Origin: Planctomycetota bacterium
GTDB lineage: Bacteria; Planctomycetota; GCA-002687715; DRQF01
DNA length: 26,291 nt
Direction of reading: 5' to 3'
Assembly (NCBI GenBank): GCA_027001995.1
Contig: JALTLO010000193.1
Coordinates: 71,618 to 97,908 of the forward strand
Shown here: positions 9,176 through 18,015 of the stretch, one piece after another
Layout of the letters: each line of letters opens with the position of its first letter
Numbering within the stretch: the stretch's first letter is position 1
Made by a program: the position numbers and the translations under genes
Notes under the pieces: model-generated
Told to the model about the DNA's origin: nothing
What the model saw: the letters and a program-made list of their open reading frames with translations, nothing else
The model's database searches: none

Positions 9176-10753
9176 CTATGGTCCAAACAAGATTTCAATA
9201 GCGTTTGTGGTGATGGGAACTGCGCCCAACACTCCGTATTGAATGTATGCGCGAAGACCACTCAGGCCTGGCTGAGCCAGATTTACAAAGTCGTAATGTT
9301 CACCTTGAGAATTTGTCACGAAGAAAAAAGTTCCGTAGAGGTCAGCAGGATCTGCTGAAACAAACAACGGAAATGGCGTTCCTGGAACCAGAGTGTCAGC
9401 AGGAGCGAAACTCACAATTCCAATAATTGAAGTAAACGATGCTGCTCCGGTTAGCGCCATAGATCCAAGCGTCGGCACTAAGACTCCAGGCTCCCATTTG
9501 AAGGATGGGGCGCCGGGTGAAGAACCGTATTCCCTTGCACCAACTAAGGTAAATGCTGTGATTCTTGTTTGTCCCGCTGATGGTACATTGGGTGCCAACC
9601 CGATTAGGTCATCGATCCAGTCACCATTGAGGTCACCAACAAGAAAAGGCACCGGCTGTAGAATGGTCGAGCCATCGGCGCACGACCGCAACTCACGTGT
9701 TACCGTCGACGTCGCGGAATTGAAAATAGTCAAGCCAAGTTCCTTGATTCCGTCACCATCATGGTCACCTGCTTCGAAGATTCCAAGAATTAACTCACCT
9801 GCATTCGGTTGGAAATCAAGCAATGCAAGACCAGTGTTAGTTGAGAAAACACGGACTCGACCAGAGAAAGGAAATGCAACATTTGACGATGGTTCGGAAA
9901 CAGCAATATCCGTGGCGCCATCACCGTCAAGGTCTCCTACACCAATCAATTGATGCCCCAATCGATCTCCGGCTTGGCCAAACCAACTTCGGATCTCCAA
10001 GCCTGTTTGCCCCGAGAATACAGAGGCACTTCCACCGTTCGGTGCCAGGAACGATGTTTCCCCGGAACTTGCCGCGATGTCTGGGACACCGTCGCCATCC
10101 ACATCACCAATCCCAACTAAGCCCCCAGGCGTCAGTGTAACGTTGAAGAGTGCCCAGAAACTCGTAACGGAATAATTGGCCCCGTCAATAATATCGATAT
10201 GACTAGATGCAAGGCCCAGCAGCGAGGTATTAGCGCGGCTTATTGCCCAATCACTGACGCCGTCGCCGGTCAAATCGCCCACTGACTTAATGATCTCTTG
10301 TCCACCCAATGCACTGCCAAGGGGAATGGTCGTGGTAACCGTCGGAGAAGTGCTCAATATGACCCTGAATTGGAAACCAATAAACCCACTTGATGTGTAG
10401 GCAATCTCTGCCAGTCCGTCACCGTCAAGATCAGGTGTCTTGATGAACTTGTCAAGGACGCCACTGCTTGCCCAAGGAAAAAGATCGTAGATCAATTGGC
10501 CTGTTTTCCCCGAGTAGACCGCAGCTCTAAAGGGCAATCCCGGAGCAAACCCATTTGCCCTCGCGACAATTCCAATGTCATCACATCCGTCACCATCGAC
10601 ATCACCAAGATCATAAGGCGTCATTACGCTGATGACTTCGGTTTCATCGATTTCCAGGAGATTCGGCAAGGTCTGTGCAACGACAGGGACACTACAGATC
10701 CCTGAAACAACCACCGCAACTAAGCATGTCCATCTGCAAAACACTTCAGACAT
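9176..10753 (-). CDS. Secreted FG-GAP/integrin-alpha-like beta-propeller protein with C-terminal domain (525 aa)
   Basis: ATG 10753 with AGGAG RBS; signal peptide ending VVA-Q; seven DxxGDG-type Ca-binding motifs (DVDGDG, DLDGDG, DLTGDG, DVDGDG, DLDGDG, DHDGDG, DLNGDW). Confidence 0.9.
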   Translation of the reverse strand: MSEVFCRWTCLVAVVVSGICSVPVVAQTLPNLLEIDETEVISVMTPYDLGDVDGDGCDDIGIVARANGFAPGLPFRAAVYSGKTGQLIYDLFPWASSGVLDKFIKTPDLDGDGLAEIAYTSSGFIGFQFRVILSTSPTVTTTIPLGSALGGQEIIKSVGDLTGDGVSDWAISRANTSLLGLASSHIDIIDGANYSVTSFWALFNVTLTPGGLVGIGDVDGDGVPDIAASSGETSFLAPNGGSASVFSGQTGLEIRSWFGQAGDRLGHQLIGVGDLDGDGATDIAVSEPSSNVAFPFSGRVRVFSTNTGLALLDFQPNAGELILGIFEAGDHDGDGIKELGLTIFNSATSTVTRELRSCADGSTILQPVPFLVGDLNGDWIDDLIGLAPNVPSAGQTRITAFTLVGAREYGSSPGAPSFKWEPGVLVPTLGSMALTGAASFTSIIGIVSFAPADTLVPGTPFPLFVSADPADLYGTFFFVTNSQGEHYDFVNLAQPGLSGLRAYIQYGVLGAVPITTNAIEILFGP

Positions 10754-10829
10754 TCTTTCTCTCCTAAGAATTAATTGCAATTCAGTAAACAAGATAAATG
10801 GTGTAGTCTCGCCCGTTTATTCCGCTTAC

Positions 10830-10838
10830 ATAGTAGCA
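10830..10838 (-). promoter_or_regulatory. Extended -10 promoter candidate
   Basis: TG-C-TACTAT 77 nt upstream of FG-GAP gene 1; same ATCTGCTACT core upstream of FG-GAP gene 2. Confidence 0.45.
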
Positions 10839-11001
10839 GATCTAACAACATGGCGTACAAAGTAATCGAAATGTGACGCAAGAACCGCACAAGAGGTCAA
10901 AAAGACCGCATTTAGAAAATCCTTATGTCGCGATAGACGAGCAAACACCCTCCAAGACCAACACAGATTCACATTCAGCAGGAAGGCGCGTTCAGCATTT
11001 A

Positions 11002-11400
11002 GGTGCGCGAGGATATCTCCGGCAAAACGGAAGCCAAACTGCGATATCACCAGTCGATTATCTCTTGGTGGATATCGCCGAGCAGCTGCGCACACCAGCT
11101 TGGATCAGCGCTGTCTATTTTCTCGAGCGCTGCCGGCAGCGGCTTACAAACCAGGGGGTGCTCGTGGTCAACCCGGTGCTCACAGACGCCGCCGAATTCA
11201 CCCAACAACTCGCTGCGACCCGCTCAATTTTTGCCACCTACACGCTTTGCCTGTCGGTGCCGCAACACCGCAGTATCTTGGTCTTCGCTTTTGCCCAGCA
11301 CCCAGCGGTCGCCGAACGCGGGCAACTCGACCGGCACACGGACCAACTGTCCACGCAGTGGGGACTCCCCTTCGACGAATTTCTCGCCGACATGACGGAG
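11002..11400 (+). pseudogene. C-terminal fragment of a spermidine-synthase-like SAM-dependent transferase
   Basis: GARGYL...VDYLLVDI...FLERCRQRLTNQGVLVVN...SILVFAF...WGLPF; N-terminal GxGxG SAM-binding motif absent; locally GC-richer than flanks. Confidence 0.65.
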
Positions 11401-11732
11401 GATAGGGGATTGTACTTTGAGTACCTGAGCATTGGGTGGGGAGAGGAGTTGAACTTGCCAGCTTTTGAGCAGCGATTCCTTGGTTTTGGGGCACACATTT
11501 GGGGTGTAAGCCGACACCCTTGTGCCCTTGGGGCAAGTCGCCTTGAGGTCACCGTTCTCACGTCTGGGTGACACAAGTGCATAGACAGGGCCTGACCTAT
11601 TCATGAAATCGTGGTCGGGGTATGCGAATCTCGCAGATTCCATTGTCAAGCCCCTTCTTGCTGGCGATTCTTCTTTGCTCCACACCTTGACCAGGGGCGG
11701 CCACGAGTTCATGAATGCCTGAAGTAGCAGGT

Positions 11733-12710
11733 CTAAGGTGCCACTACAAAGCGCAGCCCTGGAGAGGAGGAAATCAGTGGGCTTACTTCAAATACCTGTA
11801 AGTAGACATGGAAACCCGCCAAGAAAGGATTCTGGCGAGAGGCGCCAGGAATCGTCAACTGACCCACGAGATCGAAACCGAAGCTACCATTGTCGATAAA
11901 ATTGATTGGGTCGATGGCAATGAGCAAGGGCAGGTAACCGAACAACAAGAAATCAATTTGAGCAAAGCTCCGACCGATGATGCCAAGCCCGCCAGGAGTT
12001 GCGCCATCACAGACAAGAGTGCCTGTGACTGCCAATGGATCTGCGGCATCCGGGAACCAATTCAAATCGAGGCCGTGAGAAAATGCCGTTCCCGTGTGGT
12101 ACTTAAGGACAGCCGGGGTCGGCGCCAAGAAGACCCGGGCGCTGCCGCTCTGAGCTCCGCCGTTGCCGCCCGAAGCGGCACCAACAATGAGGTCAGCAGA
12201 GCCATCCCCATTTACGTCTCCAGCATTGCTTACTGAAATGCCAAAGCCATTACCCGAACTGTCACCGTCAAAGGTGTAGAGGATACTGCCGTCGAAGCCA
12301 GAAAAAACCCGGGCGCTGCCGCTTGCATTTCCGTTGTTGTCGTCCAAATAGGCACCAACAATGAGGTCAACAAAACCATCCCCATTCACGTCTTCGGCAT
12401 TACTGACTGAAATGCCAAACTCATCGTCATAACTGTCACCGTGAAAGGTGTAGAGAATACTGCCGTCGAAACCAGAAAAAACCTGGGCGCTGCCACTATC
12501 AGTGCCATTGGTGCTGTCTCCATAAGCACCAACAATGAGGTCAGCAAAACCATCCCCATTCACGTCTCCAGCATTGCTGACTGAAGAGCCAAAGAAATCG
12601 TACGCACTGTCGCCGTCAAAGGTGTAGGCTATCGTCGCCTGAGCGTGGCTCATCACAGACATCACGGCGATAGCCAAAAACAAGCACACGACGGACTTTA
12701 GGTTTCTCAT
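11733..12710 (-). CDS. Secreted FG-GAP repeat protein (3 repeats) with C-terminal domain (325 aa)
   Basis: Signal peptide ending SHA-Q; three FGxSVSNAxDVNGDGxxDLIVGA repeats; GAGG RBS. Confidence 0.92.
   Translation of the reverse strand: MRNLKSVVCLFLAIAVMSVMSHAQATIAYTFDGDSAYDFFGSSVSNAGDVNGDGFADLIVGAYGDSTNGTDSGSAQVFSGFDGSILYTFHGDSYDDEFGISVSNAEDVNGDGFVDLIVGAYLDDNNGNASGSARVFSGFDGSILYTFDGDSSGNGFGISVSNAGDVNGDGSADLIVGAASGGNGGAQSGSARVFLAPTPAVLKYHTGTAFSHGLDLNWFPDAADPLAVTGTLVCDGATPGGLGIIGRSFAQIDFLLFGYLPLLIAIDPINFIDNGSFGFDLVGQLTIPGASRQNPFLAGFHVYLQVFEVSPLISSSPGLRFVVAP
12129..12626 (-). repeat. Intragenic 174-nt (58-codon) tandem repeat, ~2.9 copies
   Basis: CTGTCRCCGTSAAAGGTGTAG recurs at 12259, 12433, 12607 with high DNA identity. 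Confidence 0.9.
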
Positions 12711-12758
12711 GGGATTGCCTCTCTACTATGAAAGATTTTCTTGTCTTAGCCTTTTCTT

Positions 12759-12786
12759 AGAGTAGCAGATTGCACTCTAACCGCAA
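12759..12786 (-). promoter_or_regulatory. Promoter candidate for FG-GAP gene 2
   Basis: TTGCGG-16nt-TACTCT with extended TG. Confidence 0.4.
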
Positions 12787-12890
12787 CTATATGAAAACGA
12801 CGACGATACCGCACCTATTCTTCTTTGGGGGCTTCCCCTGCTCAAAAACAAAGCACAAACGTACTTCATAGAACTCTTCAGAAGCCACTC

Positions 12891-12953
12891 GTTGGCGTTG
12901 GCGTTGGCGTTGGCGTTGGCGTTGGCGTTGGCGACGCCGACGCCGACGCCGAC
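12891..12953. repeat. Compound hexamer microsatellite (GTTGGC)7(GACGCC)3GAC
   Basis: Read directly from sequence. Confidence 0.97.
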
Positions 12954-13138
12954 GAAGATGTGGCGACGAATTCGATGGTGTCCACGATATCGAATAGAGG
13001 CTCACGCGAAAGATCTCGTCTTAACTCCCAGCGTCAAGCCATCTTTGATCTGTGTTTAAGCGCGTGAATCCTCGAAGACAGTAATCTCCCAAGACCTCGT
13101 TTTGTGGCGATCATCTCTCAGCCCAAAGTCCCGCCACG

Positions 13139-13390
13139 CCAATACGGCGGGCAGTTTCTTTGCGCTAAAAGGGCCGAAGAGTTGTTGAGGGCCGCTTTGT
13201 TATTCTCTTCCACGGCCTGGTCCAATCCGCCGCTCCAGGGAGAAGTAGATATTTTGTGCCTCCTGGGTCGTCTTGGAGAAAAACTTCCTGCCCAATTCCC
13301 GGCGCGATTTGGATGTGAGTGAGTTCCCCCCGAAAGGCATGAGAGAAATGGCCTTCGGTGTCAAAGTGCACCCAAGTCACGCTTGGCTCA
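13139..13390. repeat. Direct repeat copy 2 (degraded gene remnant)
   Basis: Matches 8769-9091 with an in-frame 72-nt deletion between CCCGGAG/CCCAGAG microhomologies (- strand). Confidence 0.95.
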
Positions 13391-13503
13391 CCGCCGCCTT
13401 CGGTGATCTTTACCATCAATTCAACACCACGACTCCCGAGTCCGGCCGGGAGTAATATTTGGCCCACCAAAGTCTGCTTGCCATCTGAAATCCCCGCGAC
13501 AAG

Positions 13504-13611
13504 ATGAAATCCCTCACTGCCCTCTTCCTGATCTTGATTGGCTTCAAAACGTCCTTGAGCGCCCAAGACTTCTACTTTGTTTCTGATCGAAATCCTTTAT
13601 TAACCAACTGA
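13504..13611 (+). pseudogene. 5' stub of a secreted-protein gene (signal peptide, early stop)
   Basis: MKSLTALFLILIGFKTSLSA-QDFYFVSDRNPLLTN*; protein-like sequence continues in another frame (NQLNFEVYRYLNN). Confidence 0.4.
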
Positions 13612-13801
13612 ACTTCGAAGTCTATCGCTACCTCAACAACGAAAGACGATTGCCACGAAGCTTGAATCAACATACCGATTGTGCTCTTCAGGCCAAGGAA
13701 ACGTCTTTCTTGCGCAGGAACTTGCGGCGTGTCATTATGGGCACCGTGGCGACTCCTCAGGGCGCCTAGCATGGTTTACTCATAAGAAAAAATTGCGACA
13801 C

Positions 13802-14179
13802 ATGATCACACCTTTCCTACTTCCCATGGTCTACCTTCTGGTGACAGCCATCATCACTGAATGTTTGTTGTTTGCCAAAACGAAGCGAGTGAACATGTGG
13901 TTGCCCGTAGCTTTTCTTGCCGGCACGATGTTTCGAGTTTGGTGGGTCTGGCTTGCGGTTCTCCGCATACAAGAAAAGGGCCCCGGATTCCTAACACCGT
14001 CAACTGTCACAATAGCTTTGACTGTCATTTTTGTGCCGGTCATGATTCAGATGTTCCGTCAGGTGAAGCAAGTAAAAGAAGAGTCAGTGAGGTGGATCGC
14101 TGTTGTCAGAGCCATTCCTTGCATCGGCGTCACCTTTCTCTTTTTTCAGCACCTCATGGTTGTGGCCAAGGTCCTTTAA
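13802..14179 (+). CDS. Hypothetical membrane protein, ~4 TM helices (125 aa)
   Basis: Four hydrophobic segments with basic loops; start at ATG 13802 chosen because the upstream extension is not protein-like; no clear RBS. Confidence 0.6.
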   Translation: MITPFLLPMVYLLVTAIITECLLFAKTKRVNMWLPVAFLAGTMFRVWWVWLAVLRIQEKGPGFLTPSTVTIALTVIFVPVMIQMFRQVKQVKEESVRWIAVVRAIPCIGVTFLFFQHLMVVAKVL

Positions 14180-14385
14180 GTCGAACGACTGTCTCAAAAG
14201 GACCGGTTCACTTGATCACCCACCGAGTGCAGTCAATAAGACCTTGGTGCTTAGGACGGCTCGACGCTCATCAATTCGTCTTTGTCTTTCTTCCAGGCTT
14301 GACGCATCAGTTCCAAAGTCTGAAGGCGCGTGTTGTGGTGGACGACCTAAAAATCCGCTTTGCACGTTGAGCCCGTGAAACGCAT

Positions 14386-15156
14386 GGAGTGCAAGAGAAG
14401 GTTTCGGATTCTATGATCACCTTTCCATTGGGAAGCCGATCACGCCGAAAAGCACACATACTCAAGCTATGCCCTCCCGCGTTTCCAAGAATCGTCGAAA
14501 ACGAAGAGTTCTTCCTCAAAATGGCAAGAGGATGCGGCCTTGAGGTAAACGATGCTAAAATTGTCTATGATCGTACCGGAGAGTCAGGCCTACTCATCAC
14601 TCGATTCGACAGAGTCTTTGAAAATGATCGTGAGTTCCCCACCAAAGTACATGTGGAAGATGGCTGCCAATTTCTTGATCGTTATCCCTCCAGCAAATAC
14701 CAGATTTCTTGCCAAGAGATCGTTGACGGAATCCGCGAATTTGCAACTGCCCCCATGGTTGAAACTCTTAGGTTCTTGAAGCTATACGCGTTCAGTTACA
14801 TCATCGGCAACGGTGATCTGCACGCCAAGAATGTCAGCCTCTGGCGGTCACCCACCAGTGGTCTCGTTGAACTCGCGCCAGCTTACGATTTGCTGACAAC
14901 TCAAGCATACAAAGGGCTCGATCAGCACATGGCCATGAAGTTAGGTGCCAAGGACGACGAGTTTCGCGCCAAAGACTTCCTCAGCTTCGGAAAAAGAAAT
15001 GGAATCCCCGAACCCGCGATCACCAAGATGCTGAAACAACTCGCTTCGAAAGCGCAACCATGGGCGGACAAACTCGATAGCATCAAACTGGAACCCAAAG
15101 ACCAGAACCGCGTGGCACGCTGCATACGCGATCGTTGCAAGCGTTTGGCACGCTAA
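14386..15156 (+). pseudogene. hipA: 5'-truncated HipA-family kinase toxin
   Basis: GVQEK loop remnant, HILK, ENE, RFDR, EDGCQ, GNGDLHAKN, LAPAYD; in-frame TGA at 14368-14370; no N-terminal domain or hipB. Confidence 0.85.
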
Positions 15157-15567
15157 GAAAGGAGTGAGAGCAAAGAAGAGCGAGACGTTGTAGGCGGGAA
15201 CAGACGATGCCACTTTTGCCTTCAGTGTTAGCTCTTGGTCTTTCTTGAGGCAGGTGAGCGACCTCTCTTTGAGATAGAACTTAAGACCGCCTGCAGCAGA
15301 TTCGACTAAGACGACGTCTTCTGATTCTTTGTTCGCCCAAACAATCGTGATCCGGACATGGGGATTGTTCTCGTGAACAATGGGATAGCCAACATAAACG
15401 AAGGTCTCAGGGCGTTGGTTAGAGTGCGGCATACTCTCAATCAAGGCTTGTGGGGACAGATGAGGGCGTCAGAACTTGCACCTCTCGAATAGTCGAAAGC
15501 CATGTGTTGGCTCAAGGATTATGATCTTCAACTCTCAACAATACAAACAGACCGGTTTCCGCAGATG

Positions 15568-17551
15568 TCAATCTCGAACGCTCAAGCCGATTTCTTTTAG
15601 TAGAGCATCTCGGTCAATGGCAACGGACTGGCCAGCTGGGCCACCGACATCAGGCATGGTCAAGATGAGACGGGTCACCACAGGACGCATCTCAGGGATC
15701 TTTGCTGCCTGCCTTGGGGTCTTGCCGTCCAAAGCGGGAATGCTCGTGTCGAGCCAATCAAGATTATGTTGGCGCATGAATTCTTGGATGGACTCAATTG
15801 CCCCTGGCGAAATCTTTTCTTGAGGCGTCAAGCTCGGGAGGGAGGGCGTCATCGGGGCCTTTGAGATCGAGAGGGCGCTCAACCATTTTCTGGATCTGTG
15901 GAATCTCATCCAAGTCCTTTACCAGCCAGGGCCATAAGCGACCAATGAGATGGTTGTTCGTGGTTATTCCGTCTTTGTCGTAGGTGAGTCCAAGAGACTC
16001 TAAGTGACTCAAGGCGCCGTCGATCCTAAAAAGCGGGATCGCATTGCTGTAGATCATCGCAAACTTCCACTCACGGATTGGCTGAACTTGGGCGCAAATA
16101 ACATGGTCCAAGGGAGATGTATTGGAGAGACCAAGATCATGGACAATGTGGCGTTCCCCGCTGAAAATGTCCAAGAACGTTACCGACTCCCCCGCTTCAA
16201 CAGCCTCGATCCGATAAAACGAAATCGGGTTTAGGCTGCGAGTCTGAAGAAGCTCCATTTGAGCGTCATTCAGTTTGTCAGACGCCAACAGGATCTCAGC
16301 AACAGTCTTAGACCGTTTCGTGGGACGATGGAACTGGCCCGCCCATTCCATCATTGCGGTGTTTGAAATAGTACCCCAGTTTTCTGGGAAGTCGATTGCT
16401 CGAGCTGTTTGCCCGAAGAACAAACGCTCCAATCGGTCTCCCGTTCGGCGGAGATTGATCAACTCAGTTCCGAGAAAATGACAAAGCCCCATACTCTCTT
16501 GTCGCCACCATTCGCAGGTTTCCTCATCAGGTGAATCGTGAAAATCGCAAGGAAGAAACTCTCCAATGGACTCTTCAAAGGAGTCTCTGAAGCTCGTCAG
16601 TTCAGAAAGCGAGGAGACATAGCTCGTCGGGATCTCTAAGCGTTTCATAGCATCAGAAATGGCAACTAAGATATCCTTGTCGTCAACCAAAATTTCCTTG
16701 GGGAAACCATCAGTGCCTTCGGCAGTGGCCCCCGTGATGGCGTCGATGATATGTCTTACAATTTCATCAGGTGTTCTGTCCAGCGGAGTGACCAGGTGAA
16801 CGACGCTCCCATCAACCTGATTGACAATAGCAAGGTAGTTGGCTGCGTTGCTTTCACCGAGAAATTCTGAAGTCAGTTCCGCGTAGCCAATCTCCCAAGC
16901 ACTATTCAAGGTTGGCAAGAATTCTCGGGCTTCGAGGCAATCTTCGAGGCTCAAATGCCCCTCGTCCGTGCCGGGATCGACGGCGACATAGCGCGCTTCA
17001 ATTGTTGGCTTGTAGGCCGATCCTTCGATTTTCAGGGTGAGGAGCTTATCCCCGAAGATATCGTAAGGTTTAAGAATCCCCTGCTCATGAGCTAAAATAA
17101 CGGCGTTAATTGCATAGAGCAGCTTCTTCTGGGCGGATCGATTGGGCTCCTTAGGATTGCGGTGTGCCTCCTTGTTGATGAATACGGGGGCGTTCTGTTC
17201 TTTGCGGGCCGAAAATCCCCCAGCGGTCAGAACTTTGCGTTTGTGCCCGGGGATGCGCCCCAGAGTGTCCATGCCAACGCACAGCAATGTGATCTTCTCG
17301 AAGAACTGGGCACCAAGTTCTTCATCTCCAAGGTGCTTGCGAAAGGCGGATAGTGCATCTTTCTCACAATGCATTGTGAGGCCATACATACCGGCTGGGC
17401 CGCCAGTGAATGTAGCGATGAAGCTGTTCTCGCATCCAGGGATTTCGAGTGCGATGGCATCATCGACCTCATGCTCCATCCAAAGCCTAAGGGAGTGGAG
17501 TTTGAGGGCACGTTTCACAAGTTCGCTTGCCAGTCGATCAATAGCCATCAT
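15568..17551 (-). pseudogene. Multidomain hypothetical protein, frameshifted before an Xre/MbcA/ParS-like C-terminal domain
   Basis: 585-aa frame 17551-15794 overlaps frame 15909-15568 containing WLDTSIPALDGKTPRQAA; AAGGA RBS; frameshift may be real or an assembly error. Confidence 0.7.
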
Positions 17552-17557
17552 TTTTCC

Positions 17558-17863
17558 TTAGAATCGGAATAGGTCTTGTTCAGGTGTTCCCACAGGGACC
17601 ACTTTCATTTCGAAATCACAAGTTGGGTCTACTCGGTATTCCCACTCAATCCCGTCTTGTTCGTAGCGCTCAATCTGAATTTCATCGTAGTAGCCCAATT
17701 TTGCCAATTCCCAAAAAGCGTCATCCTTCGAGACTCTAAATCGCCGTGCATACTTCGCAACAAGATCCTTCTTTGGTCCCTGCTTGTGCATCAACCAGCG
17801 AAGGGCTTTCTCCAAGCGTTCCGCGACTTTGCCAAGCTTCTTGCGTTTCTTCTTCTTGGCCAT
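17558..17863 (-). CDS. Small hypothetical protein, basic N-terminus and acidic C-terminus (101 aa)
   Basis: ATG 17863 with GGAGGT RBS; stop 6 nt before next gene; helical YARRFRVSKDDAFWELAKLG segment. Confidence 0.8.
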   Translation of the reverse strand: MAKKKKRKKLGKVAERLEKALRWLMHKQGPKKDLVAKYARRFRVSKDDAFWELAKLGYYDEIQIERYEQDGIEWEYRVDPTCDFEMKVVPVGTPEQDLFRF

Positions 17864-18006
17864 GGTTCGGTGCACCTCCAGACATCATCAAAGCGAATGT
17901 TGTAGTGCAAAGCGGAATACATCTCGGCAATCTTGCCGATTCAGAATCCTGTAGCTCTTTTCCTGCACACCAAGGCCAAGTTCCAACTCGCTTCGGCTGC
18001 GACTAC

Positions 18007-18015
18007 AGTATATCA
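18007..18015 (-). promoter_or_regulatory. Extended -10 promoter candidate
   Basis: TG-A-TATACT ~145 nt upstream of the 101-aa gene. Confidence 0.35.

Noticed and set aside
11723..11730. Third AGTAGCAG copy right after the FG-GAP 2 stop
   Set aside because: Only 8 nt and lacks the final T of a -10 box; may be chance
10840..12782. Integron cassettes (GTTAGAT/GTTAGAG on - strand upstream of FG-GAP genes)
   Set aside because: No matching inverse core or attC hairpin, one site violates GTTRRRY, and there is no intI
12129..12953. CRISPR array
   Set aside because: Repeats are in-frame protein repeats or spacerless hexamers; no cas genes
12787..13067. ORFs 12787-13005 (-, poly-R/RQ) and 12825-13067 (+, GV/DA repeats)
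   Set aside because: Open frames are produced by the microsatellite; no RBS or recognisable domain
8769..13390. Repeat pair as DGR template/variable repeats
   Set aside because: Mismatches involve all bases rather than adenines of one copy, indels are present, and there is no reverse transcriptase in the window
8769..13390. Composite transposon or IS ends
   Set aside because: No terminal inverted repeats, target duplication or transposase motifs
13165..13566. 133-aa - strand ORF as an intact gene
   Set aside because: Chimeric: its 3' part is repeat copy 2 with a deletion and its 5' part overlaps the + strand signal-peptide stub
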